From positions 309,458 to 373,457 of the forward strand of contig JAQBQP010000002.1 of NCBI GenBank assembly GCA_028286905.1: 64,000 bases of DNA. Direction: 5' to 3'. Positions 45,863 through 54,730 of the stretch are shown here, piece after piece. The translations under genes were made by a program, and so were the position numbers. Position 1 is the stretch's first letter. Every line of letters begins with the position of its first letter. This stretch comes from Candidatus Doudnabacteria bacterium. GTDB taxonomy: Bacteria; Patescibacteriota; Doudnabacteria; UBA920; VMFF01. A model generated the notes under the pieces. The model saw nothing but the letters and a program-made list of their open reading frames with translations, was not told the origin of the DNA and did not search any database.

Positions 45863-47575
45863 TTATTCTTCTGTTGCGGCACTGTGTCCGAATTTTTCAT
45901 CAAGCTGTCTTTCTTTTACTCTTTGCTTTGCTTCAGAGTCGGCTCGAGACCAATAATAATCATTGTGATCGACAAATTTCATCATCTCGCCTCGCCACTT
46001 GCTGCGTTCGCTAATTAGTTTATGCATTGCTTGAGCGGCTAAACGGTAATTTGGATGGCCTTGTGGCGTCGAACGCAACTCTAATAAATGCATTGCGGCG
46101 CGGTCATTCAAAGCAATGTTCCATCGAATGTAATGGCCGTGCAAAACTGCGTACTGCGCCATCTCCGGATCAACTTTAGACATCGCATCAAAAAGTTGAT
46201 CGGCTTTTTCTAAACATGCTATAACTTTATCTTCGAAGCCTGCAACAATTAATTCTTCTGGCATGTAAAAACCAATCTTAGTTGTGAATAATTGGCGCTG
46301 TTGAGTATTCATGCGATGCCTCTGCAGATCTTTGTAGGTACCGAAATTTATTACACAATCAAAGTTGTGCGAATAGCCATGTTCTAAACCGCGGCCAGGG
46401 CGATGCCTACGATTTTCTCTTTTTTGAATATAGGTTGAAATAATTTCTTCACGTTCCGCGGCATTCATAGTTCCAACTTTATCTCTGATTGTTTTGAGAG
46501 AAACATTGGTATATGGATAAAGCATGGTCGCGATTTCTTCAACGTCTCGAGCTTCTTGGATCGCTTTGCTTATACTTTCCGGACTTAACTGTTGGTCTTT
46601 TAATTTTTCAAAAATTAGTCCTTCTCCAAAATCCATCAGTTGGTAATCAGGCAAGCTCGCAGGAACTTCGGGTTTTTCGTTAGGAAACAATCTTTTGGCC
46701 AATGTAAACATTTCTTGGTTATACTTTTCTGCATACTCATCTTTTTTTGCGCGTCGAATATATTGCGGAATAATTGACTGTAAAGCGCTGCTAGTTTGTT
46801 CAGCAATCTTGTGCATTTCTGGCAGACGATGAGTCATCAAATTAGAAATAACGGTTTGATAAAACCTACCATTCGCAAACATTCCAACATTAGTTAAGGT
46901 ACCGACTGGCAGCAAAGCGCGCAAGGTATCACAAGCTTTGGCTCTTAAATCGAAGTTATAGGTTTGCTTAAAGTTTTTCTGATCTTTTTCATCAGTTAAA
47001 TCTGCCCACTTTTCTTTAACGCCATCGCCGTTAATGTCATATTCCGCCTCTTCTAGCTTTTTTAAATTAACAAAATAATCTTTCAATGGCGCTACTAAAT
47101 CTGCGTACGTTTGGAAAATAAAATCCATCGTTTCAATATATTGCTTGCCGAATACCGAATTTAAAATTGCGGGATCTTTGTAATAGAGCCAATTGCCGTC
47201 TGAATCTTTTTGATCGTACAAAACGTAACGGGTTGATTGTTCAATTGGCGAACCGCCAATGCGATGGTCTTCAATTTCTTTTGCTGCGAGCATTGTGATT
47301 TTTTCAAAAGAAACATGGGCGCCTTCTAACTCGCCTACCGAGTCATCGCCATAAGCAACTAGCACTCGCGCAATTAATTCGTCAGCATGCTGCGGATCGA
47401 TATTACCGTCTTGAATAAACTCTTTTAAAAGTACTTCGCGGAAGCCGCCCTTAGCACGAGAATAACGCGCGTATGCCGCGCCAGTCATTCCTTGCAAGTT
47501 TCTAATCGCAAAGATGTTGTCTTCCGTGGAAGTAACATACTTTTCTAAAATTTTCTTTTCTTCGTCTGTAAACAT
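45863..47575 (-). CDS. thyX: FAD-dependent thymidylate synthase, two-domain form
   Basis: ARYSR, YGDDSV.EL, EQSTRY, DLQRHR, ELRS..QGH..YR. Confidence 0.88.
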   Translation of the reverse strand: MFTDEEKKILEKYVTSTEDNIFAIRNLQGMTGAAYARYSRAKGGFREVLLKEFIQDGNIDPQHADELIARVLVAYGDDSVGELEGAHVSFEKITMLAAKEIEDHRIGGSPIEQSTRYVLYDQKDSDGNWLYYKDPAILNSVFGKQYIETMDFIFQTYADLVAPLKDYFVNLKKLEEAEYDINGDGVKEKWADLTDEKDQKNFKQTYNFDLRAKACDTLRALLPVGTLTNVGMFANGRFYQTVISNLMTHRLPEMHKIAEQTSSALQSIIPQYIRRAKKDEYAEKYNQEMFTLAKRLFPNEKPEVPASLPDYQLMDFGEGLIFEKLKDQQLSPESISKAIQEARDVEEIATMLYPYTNVSLKTIRDKVGTMNAAEREEIISTYIQKRENRRHRPGRGLEHGYSHNFDCVINFGTYKDLQRHRMNTQQRQLFTTKIGFYMPEELIVAGFEDKVIACLEKADQLFDAMSKVDPEMAQYAVLHGHYIRWNIALNDRAAMHLLELRSTPQGHPNYRLAAQAMHKLISERSKWRGEMMKFVDHNDYYWSRADSEAKQRVKERQLDEKFGHSAATEE

Positions 47576-47585
47576 AAGATTTCAA

Positions 47586-48314
47586 TTATTTTGTAAGGAC
47601 TAGCCGGCGCACCAGATTCCAAATTTTATTATGAACTTGCTCAGGAGTTAATAATATTCCAGCTTCAAAGCATTCTACTAGTTTAGTATTTGGGAACAAT
47701 TCAACAATTTGTAAAAAAACTTTCTCTGCTCGTTTCAGGTGGTTTAAATCGGCTTCGTGAATATCCCGTTTTTTTCCTTCGGCGTAAGCTCGATCTTCCT
47801 TGGGTTTTTTGTCGACAAGCTTTTGAGCAACGCCAGCTGGAACATGCAAAATTAAATTCAAGTCTGGTTTTGGAATTTTAAAAACGTTGTATTCCAAGTT
47901 ATCAAGCCATTTAAAATATTTGATCCGGTCAGTATTATCGTCTATTTTACCGCCTTGGTGGCCGGCGTTGGCAGTAACATATCGGTTCGAAACCACTACC
48001 TTGCCCTCATTCAGCCATTGTCTAATTTTGAAACTAGCATCAAAGCGATCCACTGCATACATTACTGAAGCAACATAAGCGTCTACCTGTGAACCATATT
48101 TGCCATTTAGGTACTCTTCTACCAAGCCTGCCGATTTCTGGCCATATTGCGGAAAGTCAGCCATTTCAACTTGATAACCTTCTTTTTTAAGTGCTTCCAC
48201 TAAAAGTTTGGTTTGAGTTCCTTTTCCAGATCCATCAGTGCCATCGATAACAATAAATTTTCCTTTAATCTTTGAGTCATTTTCTTTTGGTTTGCTGTTG
48301 ATTCCGAATTTCAT
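47586..48314 (-). CDS. tmk: thymidylate kinase
   Basis: IDGTDGSGKGTQ, DR, NRY..AN.GHQG, PKPD. Confidence 0.9.
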   Translation of the reverse strand: MKFGINSKPKENDSKIKGKFIVIDGTDGSGKGTQTKLLVEALKKEGYQVEMADFPQYGQKSAGLVEEYLNGKYGSQVDAYVASVMYAVDRFDASFKIRQWLNEGKVVVSNRYVTANAGHQGGKIDDNTDRIKYFKWLDNLEYNVFKIPKPDLNLILHVPAGVAQKLVDKKPKEDRAYAEGKKRDIHEADLNHLKRAEKVFLQIVELFPNTKLVECFEAGILLTPEQVHNKIWNLVRRLVLTK

Positions 48315-48331
48315 ATAAAAATTATGACTTA

Positions 48332-48874
48332 TTAGATTAGGCCTTGCAAGGCTTGGTCAACTTTAACAAAAAGCTCGGCTTGATCGCCATTATTTTCAAT
48401 AACGATGTCCGCTCTATCTGCAAAAGAAGAAATGTTTCTTTCGGTAATTGCTTGTTCCAGTTCGATAAATCTTTCAAAGCTCGTACTCTGATCGTCGCTC
48501 TTTTCATTGCGCTTATGCTGTCTTTCGAATCTGGTTCTAATTTCTGAGCTAATAAAAATAATTTTATTATTCGGATATTTTCGGATATTTTCTAGCTCAT
48601 TTTCAAATCTGATTCCGGTGATAATTTCTAAATTAGAGTCATCAGCTTTTATTTTTTTATTTAAAGCATTAATCAAAACATTTTCTCCAAAAACATCTCG
48701 CAAGCTAACAAGCTTAATCGCGTTTTCTCTGGAATTAGGCAAAACTAAAATCTTCAACAAATCTTCTAAAATTTCCGAGTGCGAATGGTGTTTGCCGGAG
48801 TGCTTTTCGGCAATATATTTAGCGATAGTATCTTTTCCAGAAGCTTTCGCTCCAATTATTCCAATTACAATCAT
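48332..48874 (-). CDS. P-loop nucleotide kinase (dNMP/dephospho-CoA kinase-like), paralog 2
   Basis: GAKASGKDT, GIRF.NE, AD.VI.N. Confidence 0.8.
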   Translation of the reverse strand: MIVIGIIGAKASGKDTIAKYIAEKHSGKHHSHSEILEDLLKILVLPNSRENAIKLVSLRDVFGENVLINALNKKIKADDSNLEIITGIRFENELENIRKYPNNKIIFISSEIRTRFERQHKRNEKSDDQSTSFERFIELEQAITERNISSFADRADIVIENNGDQAELFVKVDQALQGLI

Positions 48875-49434
48875 AGATCTGTCGTTAAGAGTCTAGTTAA
48901 GAGCGCTTCGAATTGTTCTGGTGTAGATTCATTAGAAATTACGAAATCTGCTAACTGTTCCAGTTGCGCGATCTGCTTATCAGCCTCATGCGCTTCGCTT
49001 TTCAAAAACTCTTCATAAGTTTGCTCAGATTCGCCAACTTTTTCTTTTCGATTACGCATTCTTTGGTAACGAATCTCTGGCGAAGCTTTAATATAAATAA
49101 ATTTAAACCCTGGCAGTTGTCTTAAAAAATCTACTTCTTGTTTTTTTCGTAAACCATCAAAAAGAATAACATTTTTTTCTGAAAGCTCCGCGCGAGCTTT
49201 CAAGGCATTGGAGAGCGACTCTTCGCCAAAAAGTTCTTTGACCAAAACTCCCATTTGCTGCTCATTAAAACGGTTTTTCTCTAAATCTAAAATATCCAGC
49301 ATTTCATCAAGCAGTTTTGAAAACCTTAAGTGCTCTGCTTTAAACCTTTGTACTAAAAAATTAGACGCTGAGCTTTTACCAGAAAGCAACTGTCCGGCTA
49401 TTCCTAAATATAATTTATGCTTTTGATTAGACAT
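48871..49434 (-). CDS. P-loop nucleotide kinase (dNMP/dephospho-CoA kinase-like), paralog 1
   Basis: GQLLSGKS, DGLR...E, ADFVISN; ATG 49434 overlaps the dut stop. Confidence 0.8.
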   Translation of the reverse strand: MSNQKHKLYLGIAGQLLSGKSSASNFLVQRFKAEHLRFSKLLDEMLDILDLEKNRFNEQQMGVLVKELFGEESLSNALKARAELSEKNVILFDGLRKKQEVDFLRQLPGFKFIYIKASPEIRYQRMRNRKEKVGESEQTYEEFLKSEAHEADKQIAQLEQLADFVISNESTPEQFEALLTRLLTTDL

Positions 49435-49870
49435 TAGTGTATCCTCCACTGCTGCCAAATCCCCCGCGTGACTGATCTTTAATATTTTCAGTTTCAATCC
49501 ATTCTACTTGATCAACTGGCAAAAATAAACCTTGCGCTAAACGATCGCCTTTTTTAACTTCAACCGGTTCGTCGCGAAAGTTATAAACGCTGATCCTAAT
49601 TTGGTCTTCTGGGCCGCAGTAATCCCGATCGACCACCCCAATACCGTTAGAAACCATCAAACCCTTCTTTAAAGGCAGGCTGCTGCGTGCTGCAATCAAT
49701 AAAAAATGGCCTTCAGGAGCCTGAATTATTAATCCAGTATCCAAAAGAACCAATTCTTTAGGCTTTATGATTTTATCTTCCGATGAGGCAATATCAAATC
49801 CAGCGGACTCTAAGGTGTGATATTGTGGCAATTCTACTGCTTTGTCCAGCCGAACGATTTTTGCTTGCAT
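49427..49870 (-). CDS. dut: dUTP diphosphatase
   Basis: AGFD, RSS, G.VD.DY.G, RGGFGSSG. Confidence 0.95.
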   Translation of the reverse strand: MQAKIVRLDKAVELPQYHTLESAGFDIASSEDKIIKPKELVLLDTGLIIQAPEGHFLLIAARSSLPLKKGLMVSNGIGVVDRDYCGPEDQIRISVYNFRDEPVEVKKGDRLAQGLFLPVDQVEWIETENIKDQSRGGFGSSGGYTNV

Positions 49871-49888
49871 AGGATTCTGTTAAACGCT

Positions 49889-50476
49889 TTATTTAAACTT
49901 TTCCCACTTATTGTTTTTGAAGTTTTTATAATATTGAGAAGCTTGCGGTTTGGTTGCGCCAAAATATTTACTCTTCAACTTCTTGTTGCCATAGGCATTT
50001 TGAGCTTTTGAAGACAGGGGAGTAAATGACAGCTGTGCGATCGGCATTTTGTAATATAAAATGATTGGCAAGTTTGCGATGTTGTGCAACTCCAAAGTCA
50101 TTTTCAATTTATTCCCTGGGTCAAGATAGCCAGCAGTTGCGTGGATAATCAAACCAACTCTCCCTAAGGAACTTTTTCCCTCTAATCTTCCAACCATGTC
50201 ATCCGCGACACCGACGGTTTCATAAGTCAGGCCTAAGGCGAATTCGCCGGGGTGAATAATAAAGGGTTTCTTCTCAGAAATTATTACACGTTCCATCATA
50301 TCATCAAGCGGCTGTTTTAAATCGATTGCAGTGTGGCCCTGGTTTTTAAAAACTAGGAACTCATTACCTAAGTGCAAGTCTACGGATGCCGGTTGGATCG
50401 AATCTGGAAATAAAGGTTCAATAGAAACTCTTCCGCTTTTAAGGGATTTCTTGATATCCACGTCTGATAAAATCAT
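49889..50476 (-). CDS. dcd: dCTP deaminase
   Basis: IQPASVDL, EGKSSLGR, HATAG..DPG, TLEL. Confidence 0.93.
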   Translation of the reverse strand: MILSDVDIKKSLKSGRVSIEPLFPDSIQPASVDLHLGNEFLVFKNQGHTAIDLKQPLDDMMERVIISEKKPFIIHPGEFALGLTYETVGVADDMVGRLEGKSSLGRVGLIIHATAGYLDPGNKLKMTLELHNIANLPIILYYKMPIAQLSFTPLSSKAQNAYGNKKLKSKYFGATKPQASQYYKNFKNNKWEKFK

Positions 50477-50562
50477 CTTTTTTACTTTTAATTTCAGTTT
50501 AATTTATATGACAATTGTAGCAGAAAATGCTACCCTTTTCTAGTATCTAACGGAGGAAACCA

Positions 50563-50733
50563 GTGCTACAGAATCGCGTGCCGATTATCCTGTCTGGGCC
50601 GACCAACCAGGAAACCCATTACTCCGCCTACTGTTTGGGAGCGTGGATGACCTTGTATTTGGCTCTCATTGCCTACCTGTTTCTTCGGGCCTTCCTTCGG
50701 AGATTGCCAAATTCTGAAAAGTACAAAAACTAA
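50563..50733 (+). CDS. 56-aa single-TM peptide (not in ORF track)
   Basis: ATGACA-17-TACCCT promoter, GGAGG SD, GTG start, terminator 50732-50760. Confidence 0.6.
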   Translation: MLQNRVPIILSGPTNQETHYSAYCLGAWMTLYLALIAYLFLRAFLRRLPNSEKYKN

Positions 50734-50760
50734 AACCAACAGTGGGAGGCTGTTGGTTTT
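50732..50760. terminator. bidirectional terminator
   Basis: AAAACCAACAG-TGGGAGG-CTGTTGGTTTT. Confidence 0.8.
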
Positions 50761-50796
50761 ATGTTATCCATTGCTAGAATCAGACGAGTTTTAAAT

Positions 50797-51480
50797 TTAC
50801 ATTTTTACTTTAATACCAGGGCCCATTGAAGAGTTTACTGTAATTGTCATCACAAACTGCTTCTTAACTGTACTTGGTTTTGAGCCATTCAATGCATCGA
50901 TAAAAGTCTTTAAGTTTTCAATCAGCTTCGGTTCTTCAAAGTTTGCTTTACCGATGATTTGGTGAATATTTCCTGAATCATCATTTTTGAAGTTTACCTT
51001 ACCGGCGGAAATTTCTTTTATCGCGCCAGCAATATCTGTAGTTACTGTACCGTTCTTAGGATTTGGCATTAAACCACGCTGTCCCAAGATCTTCGCAATA
51101 GAAGCCATTTTAGCCATCATGGCAGGCTCAGCAACAGCTACTTCAAAGTCAGTTTTTTCGCTTTCTTTGATGCTCTTGATAAGTTCTTCGCCACCAACTA
51201 TTGATGCGCCAGCTTCTTTAGCGGCTTTTTCGTTAGTTTCAGTTACGAAAGCGGCAATTTTCTTGGTTTTACCTGTACCATTTGGCAAGGTAATACTGCC
51301 GCGTACTGATTGATCGGTTTTCTTTGGATCAATTCCTAATCGGATATGAACCTCAATGGAACCGTTAAACTTAGTGTTTGCAGTTTTCTTTGCCAAAGCA
51401 ATTGCTTCTTCGGGGCTATAAAATTTTGTTCGATCTACTTGTTCGCTATTCGCCTTTTGGCGTTTAGTAATTTTTGACAT
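50797..51480 (-). CDS. rplA: 50S ribosomal protein L1
   Basis: LP.GTGK, LG.RGLMPNPK.GTV, SSMGPG; ATG 51480 with AAAGGA SD. Confidence 0.97.
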   Translation of the reverse strand: MSKITKRQKANSEQVDRTKFYSPEEAIALAKKTANTKFNGSIEVHIRLGIDPKKTDQSVRGSITLPNGTGKTKKIAAFVTETNEKAAKEAGASIVGGEELIKSIKESEKTDFEVAVAEPAMMAKMASIAKILGQRGLMPNPKNGTVTTDIAGAIKEISAGKVNFKNDDSGNIHQIIGKANFEEPKLIENLKTFIDALNGSKPSTVKKQFVMTITVNSSMGPGIKVKM

Positions 51481-51496
51481 ATCGTCCTTTCGACTT

Positions 51497-51536
51497 AGTG
51501 GTCCGCGCGTCGCTATTATAAGGCGGCGCTCCCACA
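51497..51536 (-). promoter_or_regulatory. L1-binding mRNA leader (autogenous control)
   Basis: minus strand GUGGGAG-[CGCCGC/GCGACGCG stem]-CGGACCAC resembles the 23S L1 site. Confidence 0.65.
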
Positions 51537-51564
51537 ATTAAAATTAAATTAAACTCAAATTAAA

Positions 51565-51903
51565 TTATGCTTCTTTTCTTGCCAAGCTCCAGTGATACCA
51601 GAAAATCGGAATACTTACAATTAGAAAAGCTAGAGCTTGCGCAATATCCTGTTTTTTAGAGTTCTTTTGGTTCTCTAAATCAGCAGCGGCTTGCTCTTTC
51701 TGATATTCAGGATCACATACGACGTTCTTGTCTCCATTCGGTGTGCTTGGCTGTGCCGCGCACATTTGTGGATAGTTAACATATTGCTTTACGCCCAACA
51801 CGGATTTTAAACCCATGTTTACCAACATTGTTGCGCCGATAATAATTATTATCAGAGAAACCAGCGAAACTAGATACAAATAAGTTTTTTTCATCCAAGG
51901 CAT
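51565..51903 (-). CDS. DUF5671-like two-TM protein
   Basis: YLYLVSL..L, PIFWYHW. Confidence 0.7.
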   Translation of the reverse strand: MPWMKKTYLYLVSLVSLIIIIIGATMLVNMGLKSVLGVKQYVNYPQMCAAQPSTPNGDKNVVCDPEYQKEQAAADLENQKNSKKQDIAQALAFLIVSIPIFWYHWSLARKEA

Positions 51904-51904
51904 G

Positions 51905-52663
51905 TTATTTTTTCTCCAATGATAGGAACTCTTTAATGTCACTAACAGTGCTCATAAATTGAGCTGGGAAAATAATTGTAGAATTCTTCTCGCTTGCTAT
52001 TTCAGCCATAGTCTGCAAATTTCTTAACTGTAAAGCAATCGGATGTGCCATCATAATATCAGCCGTATCTGCCAATCTTTGTGATGAGAGGTATTCACCT
52101 TCAGCCGCAATAATCTTTGCGCGTTTTTCTCTTTCAGCTTCGGCTTGTTTAGCCATTGCACGCTGCATAGACTCCGGCAATTCGATGTCTCGGATTTCAG
52201 TATTTACAACTTCAACACCCCAAGGCTCAGTATGTTCATCAAGAACTTTCTTGATTTCCATATTGATTTGGTCTCTTTCGCTTAGAATTTCGTCTAATTG
52301 AAATTTTCCAACGATGTTCCGAATTGAGGTTTGGGCAATCTGATCGATTGCGATTCTAACGCTTTCAATCGCCACAATGCTTTTAGTAACGTCGGTTATT
52401 CTGTAATATGCAACGGCAGAAATATCTACCGAGACGTTGTCTTTGGTAATAATTTTCTGCGGCGGTACTGGCAAAGTAACAGTTCTTAAATCTACTTTGC
52501 GAATTTTTTGCACGTACGGAATTAATAGGTTCAAGCCAGGTTCTCTAATTCCAACAATTTTACCAAACTGGAACACTACCCCTTTTTCGTATTGTTGGAC
52601 AACTCTTAACCCAGGCAGAACGATGGACAGCAAGACAAATACTATTATATAGATTATGAGCAT
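51905..52663 (-). CDS. SPFH/stomatin (slipin) family protein
   Basis: VDLRT, ITKDNV, MQRAMAKQAEAERE.RAK. Confidence 0.93.
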   Translation of the reverse strand: MLIIYIIVFVLLSIVLPGLRVVQQYEKGVVFQFGKIVGIREPGLNLLIPYVQKIRKVDLRTVTLPVPPQKIITKDNVSVDISAVAYYRITDVTKSIVAIESVRIAIDQIAQTSIRNIVGKFQLDEILSERDQINMEIKKVLDEHTEPWGVEVVNTEIRDIELPESMQRAMAKQAEAEREKRAKIIAAEGEYLSSQRLADTADIMMAHPIALQLRNLQTMAEIASEKNSTIIFPAQFMSTVSDIKEFLSLEKK

Positions 52664-52687
52664 GCTTTTTTAGTTTAAAAATTTCTA

Positions 52688-53116
52688 CTAAATAACGTCT
52701 ACGCCCATTGATCGCGCGGTGCCCGCAACAATCTTTTGAGCAGCTTCGATATCGTTAGCATTCAAATCCACCATTTTTCTTTCAGCAATTTCTTTGATCT
52801 GAGCTTTGGTAATTTTACCAACCTTTATTTTCAAAGGGTTTGCGGAACCTTTTTCCAAACCGATCATTTTCATAATCAATACAGAAGCTGGCGGAGTTTT
52901 CAAAATGAAACTGAATGTTCTGTCTTCATAAACAGTTACCACAGCCGGAACTGTGATATCGCCCATTGGCGCGGTCTTTTCATTGAACTCTTTTGTAAAC
53001 TGACCGATGTTGATACCATGGGGTCCAAGTGCGGTACCTACTGGTGGCGCAGGAGTCGCCTTTCCAGCTTGTAGCTGAATCTTTACTAACGCTTTAATCT
53101 TCTTTGGAGCTGCCAT
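52688..53116 (-). CDS. rplK: 50S ribosomal protein L11
   Basis: [22 protein letters not shown]. Confidence 0.97.
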   Translation of the reverse strand: MAAPKKIKALVKIQLQAGKATPAPPVGTALGPHGINIGQFTKEFNEKTAPMGDITVPAVVTVYEDRTFSFILKTPPASVLIMKMIGLEKGSANPLKIKVGKITKAQIKEIAERKMVDLNANDIEAAQKIVAGTARSMGVDVI

Positions 53117-53227
53117 TTCTTTTGCTGTAGTAGCCTCTTGATAGAGACGAGATTTCGATCGTAATCGAAACCGACTACCCTTTCTTTATTGCCTTTTTTA
53201 AGGCATTTAATTATGTAATATTATAGT

Positions 53228-53773
53228 TTAACTGCGTTTAACTTGCAAGAAGTCTAACTCTACCGGAGTTTCGCGGCCGAAGATGGAAACCAAGACCTTA
53301 ACCTTGCCTTTAGCCTCGTCTACATCAGAAACCTTACCTTCGTATTCTTTAAATGGTCCATCCATGATTTTAACTAAATCATTAAGTTGGAAATCCACTT
53401 TAAACTTAGGCTCTTCAACACCCATGCGCTTCTGTAAGAACTTAATTTCTTCTTCAGAAATTGGAGTTGGAATAGTTCCAGAACCAACGAATCCAGTTAC
53501 GTTAGGAGTGTTTCTTACAACATACCAGGAATCGTCTGTAACAATCATTTCGACAATAACGTAACCTGGGAAGATCTTTTCTTCAAAAGTACTTCTTTTG
53601 CCGTCGCGAATTTTAATCTTTTTTTCTTTAGGGACGACTACATCAAAAATTTTGTCTTCCATGCCCATTGATTCGATACGCTGCTTTAAGTTAAAAGCGA
53701 CGCTATCTTCGTAGCCGGAGTATGTATGTAGTACATACCAATGTTTTTCCCCTGTGACGTGTTGTCGTGACAT
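53228..53773 (-). CDS. nusG: transcription factor NusG
   Basis: WYVLHTYSGYE, FPGYV, KOW domain, IFGRETPVEL. Confidence 0.97.
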   Translation of the reverse strand: MSRQHVTGEKHWYVLHTYSGYEDSVAFNLKQRIESMGMEDKIFDVVVPKEKKIKIRDGKRSTFEEKIFPGYVIVEMIVTDDSWYVVRNTPNVTGFVGSGTIPTPISEEEIKFLQKRMGVEEPKFKVDFQLNDLVKIMDGPFKEYEGKVSDVDEAKGKVKVLVSIFGRETPVELDFLQVKRS

Positions 53774-53775
53774 AT

Positions 53776-54336
53776 TTATTTAGCGATTAAAATTAATGCG
53801 ATAACAATTAAAATTATTTCTAGGTAACCATTTCTTGTAAAATATTCTCTTTTAGCAACTGACCACCAATATTTCCAGAAGCCCGCAACGTTTACACTCT
53901 GATCTTTTTTATCTCCGGCATACTTCCTTTGATAATAAGAATCTGAAAGCGGATAAAGCTTTTTATTAAATGGCCAAGCCCACATTACCCCCCATTCAGA
54001 ATCTAAAATAAAATGGGTCCAAGAGCATAACCAGATTAACAGTCCTAAAGCTTTGTAGAACGGACTCGCGGCGAAAAAAAATGTCAGTAGTCCAGCAATC
54101 AGCCATAGAATTGGTGCATGAGTAATAAAAGTGCGATGGCTAACTTTCTGATTATCAATCCGTAAAGATTTAGTTTTAAAAAATGCGTAAAAGAAATCTA
54201 GATCTGGCACAAATGCAATAAAAATTCCGAGTAAAGTTAGAGTTGTGGTTTGTTCTGAAGTTAGAGAGTAATTTAAATAACTCAAAACCGCTTTGGAAAC
54301 GACATACCCGGCAGCAATGTGTCCAGGTGGCAACAT
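53776..54336 (-). CDS. membrane metal-dependent hydrolase (YdjM-like)
   Basis: GH, PDLD, HRT.TH, H..LD. Confidence 0.85.
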   Translation of the reverse strand: MLPPGHIAAGYVVSKAVLSYLNYSLTSEQTTTLTLLGIFIAFVPDLDFFYAFFKTKSLRIDNQKVSHRTFITHAPILWLIAGLLTFFFAASPFYKALGLLIWLCSWTHFILDSEWGVMWAWPFNKKLYPLSDSYYQRKYAGDKKDQSVNVAGFWKYWWSVAKREYFTRNGYLEIILIVIALILIAK

Positions 54337-54521
54337 TATTGGTTAATTACCTTCTCTAAGATTCTGATCAACAAATAGTCTGCTCCGCCCAACACAACTG
54401 CAACTAGCACTGAAAAAACAATTACTGTAGCGGTGTATTTTAAAGTCTGCTCTTTAGTAGGCCAAACTACTTTGTAAAGCTCTGCTTTCACTTCAACAAA
54501 AAATTGAGTAACTTTTGACAT
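54336..54521 (-). CDS. secE: preprotein translocase SecE
   Basis: F...VKAEL.KVVWPT. Confidence 0.93.
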   Translation of the reverse strand: MSKVTQFFVEVKAELYKVVWPTKEQTLKYTATVIVFSVLVAVVLGGADYLLIRILEKVINQ

Positions 54522-54635
54522 ATTTAGCGATTAATACTAATAAGTTTTTAAGCTTTTTTAAAAGGCCCGGGAGGCCTTTTGATATTTCGATTATAGCACA
54601 TATGCTCATACTTTAGCAACTTCTGTTTTTCAATC

Positions 54636-54664
54636 TTGACAAATAACTAATTATATTGTATATT
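54636..54664 (+). promoter_or_regulatory. sigma70 promoter
   Basis: TTGACA-17-TATATT. Confidence 0.65.
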
Positions 54665-54730
54665 AATAAGATTTCTTTTCACCGCCCACGGAGGGCTAAT
54701 AATTTCACAATCTTGCCTAAGAGGTACGAG

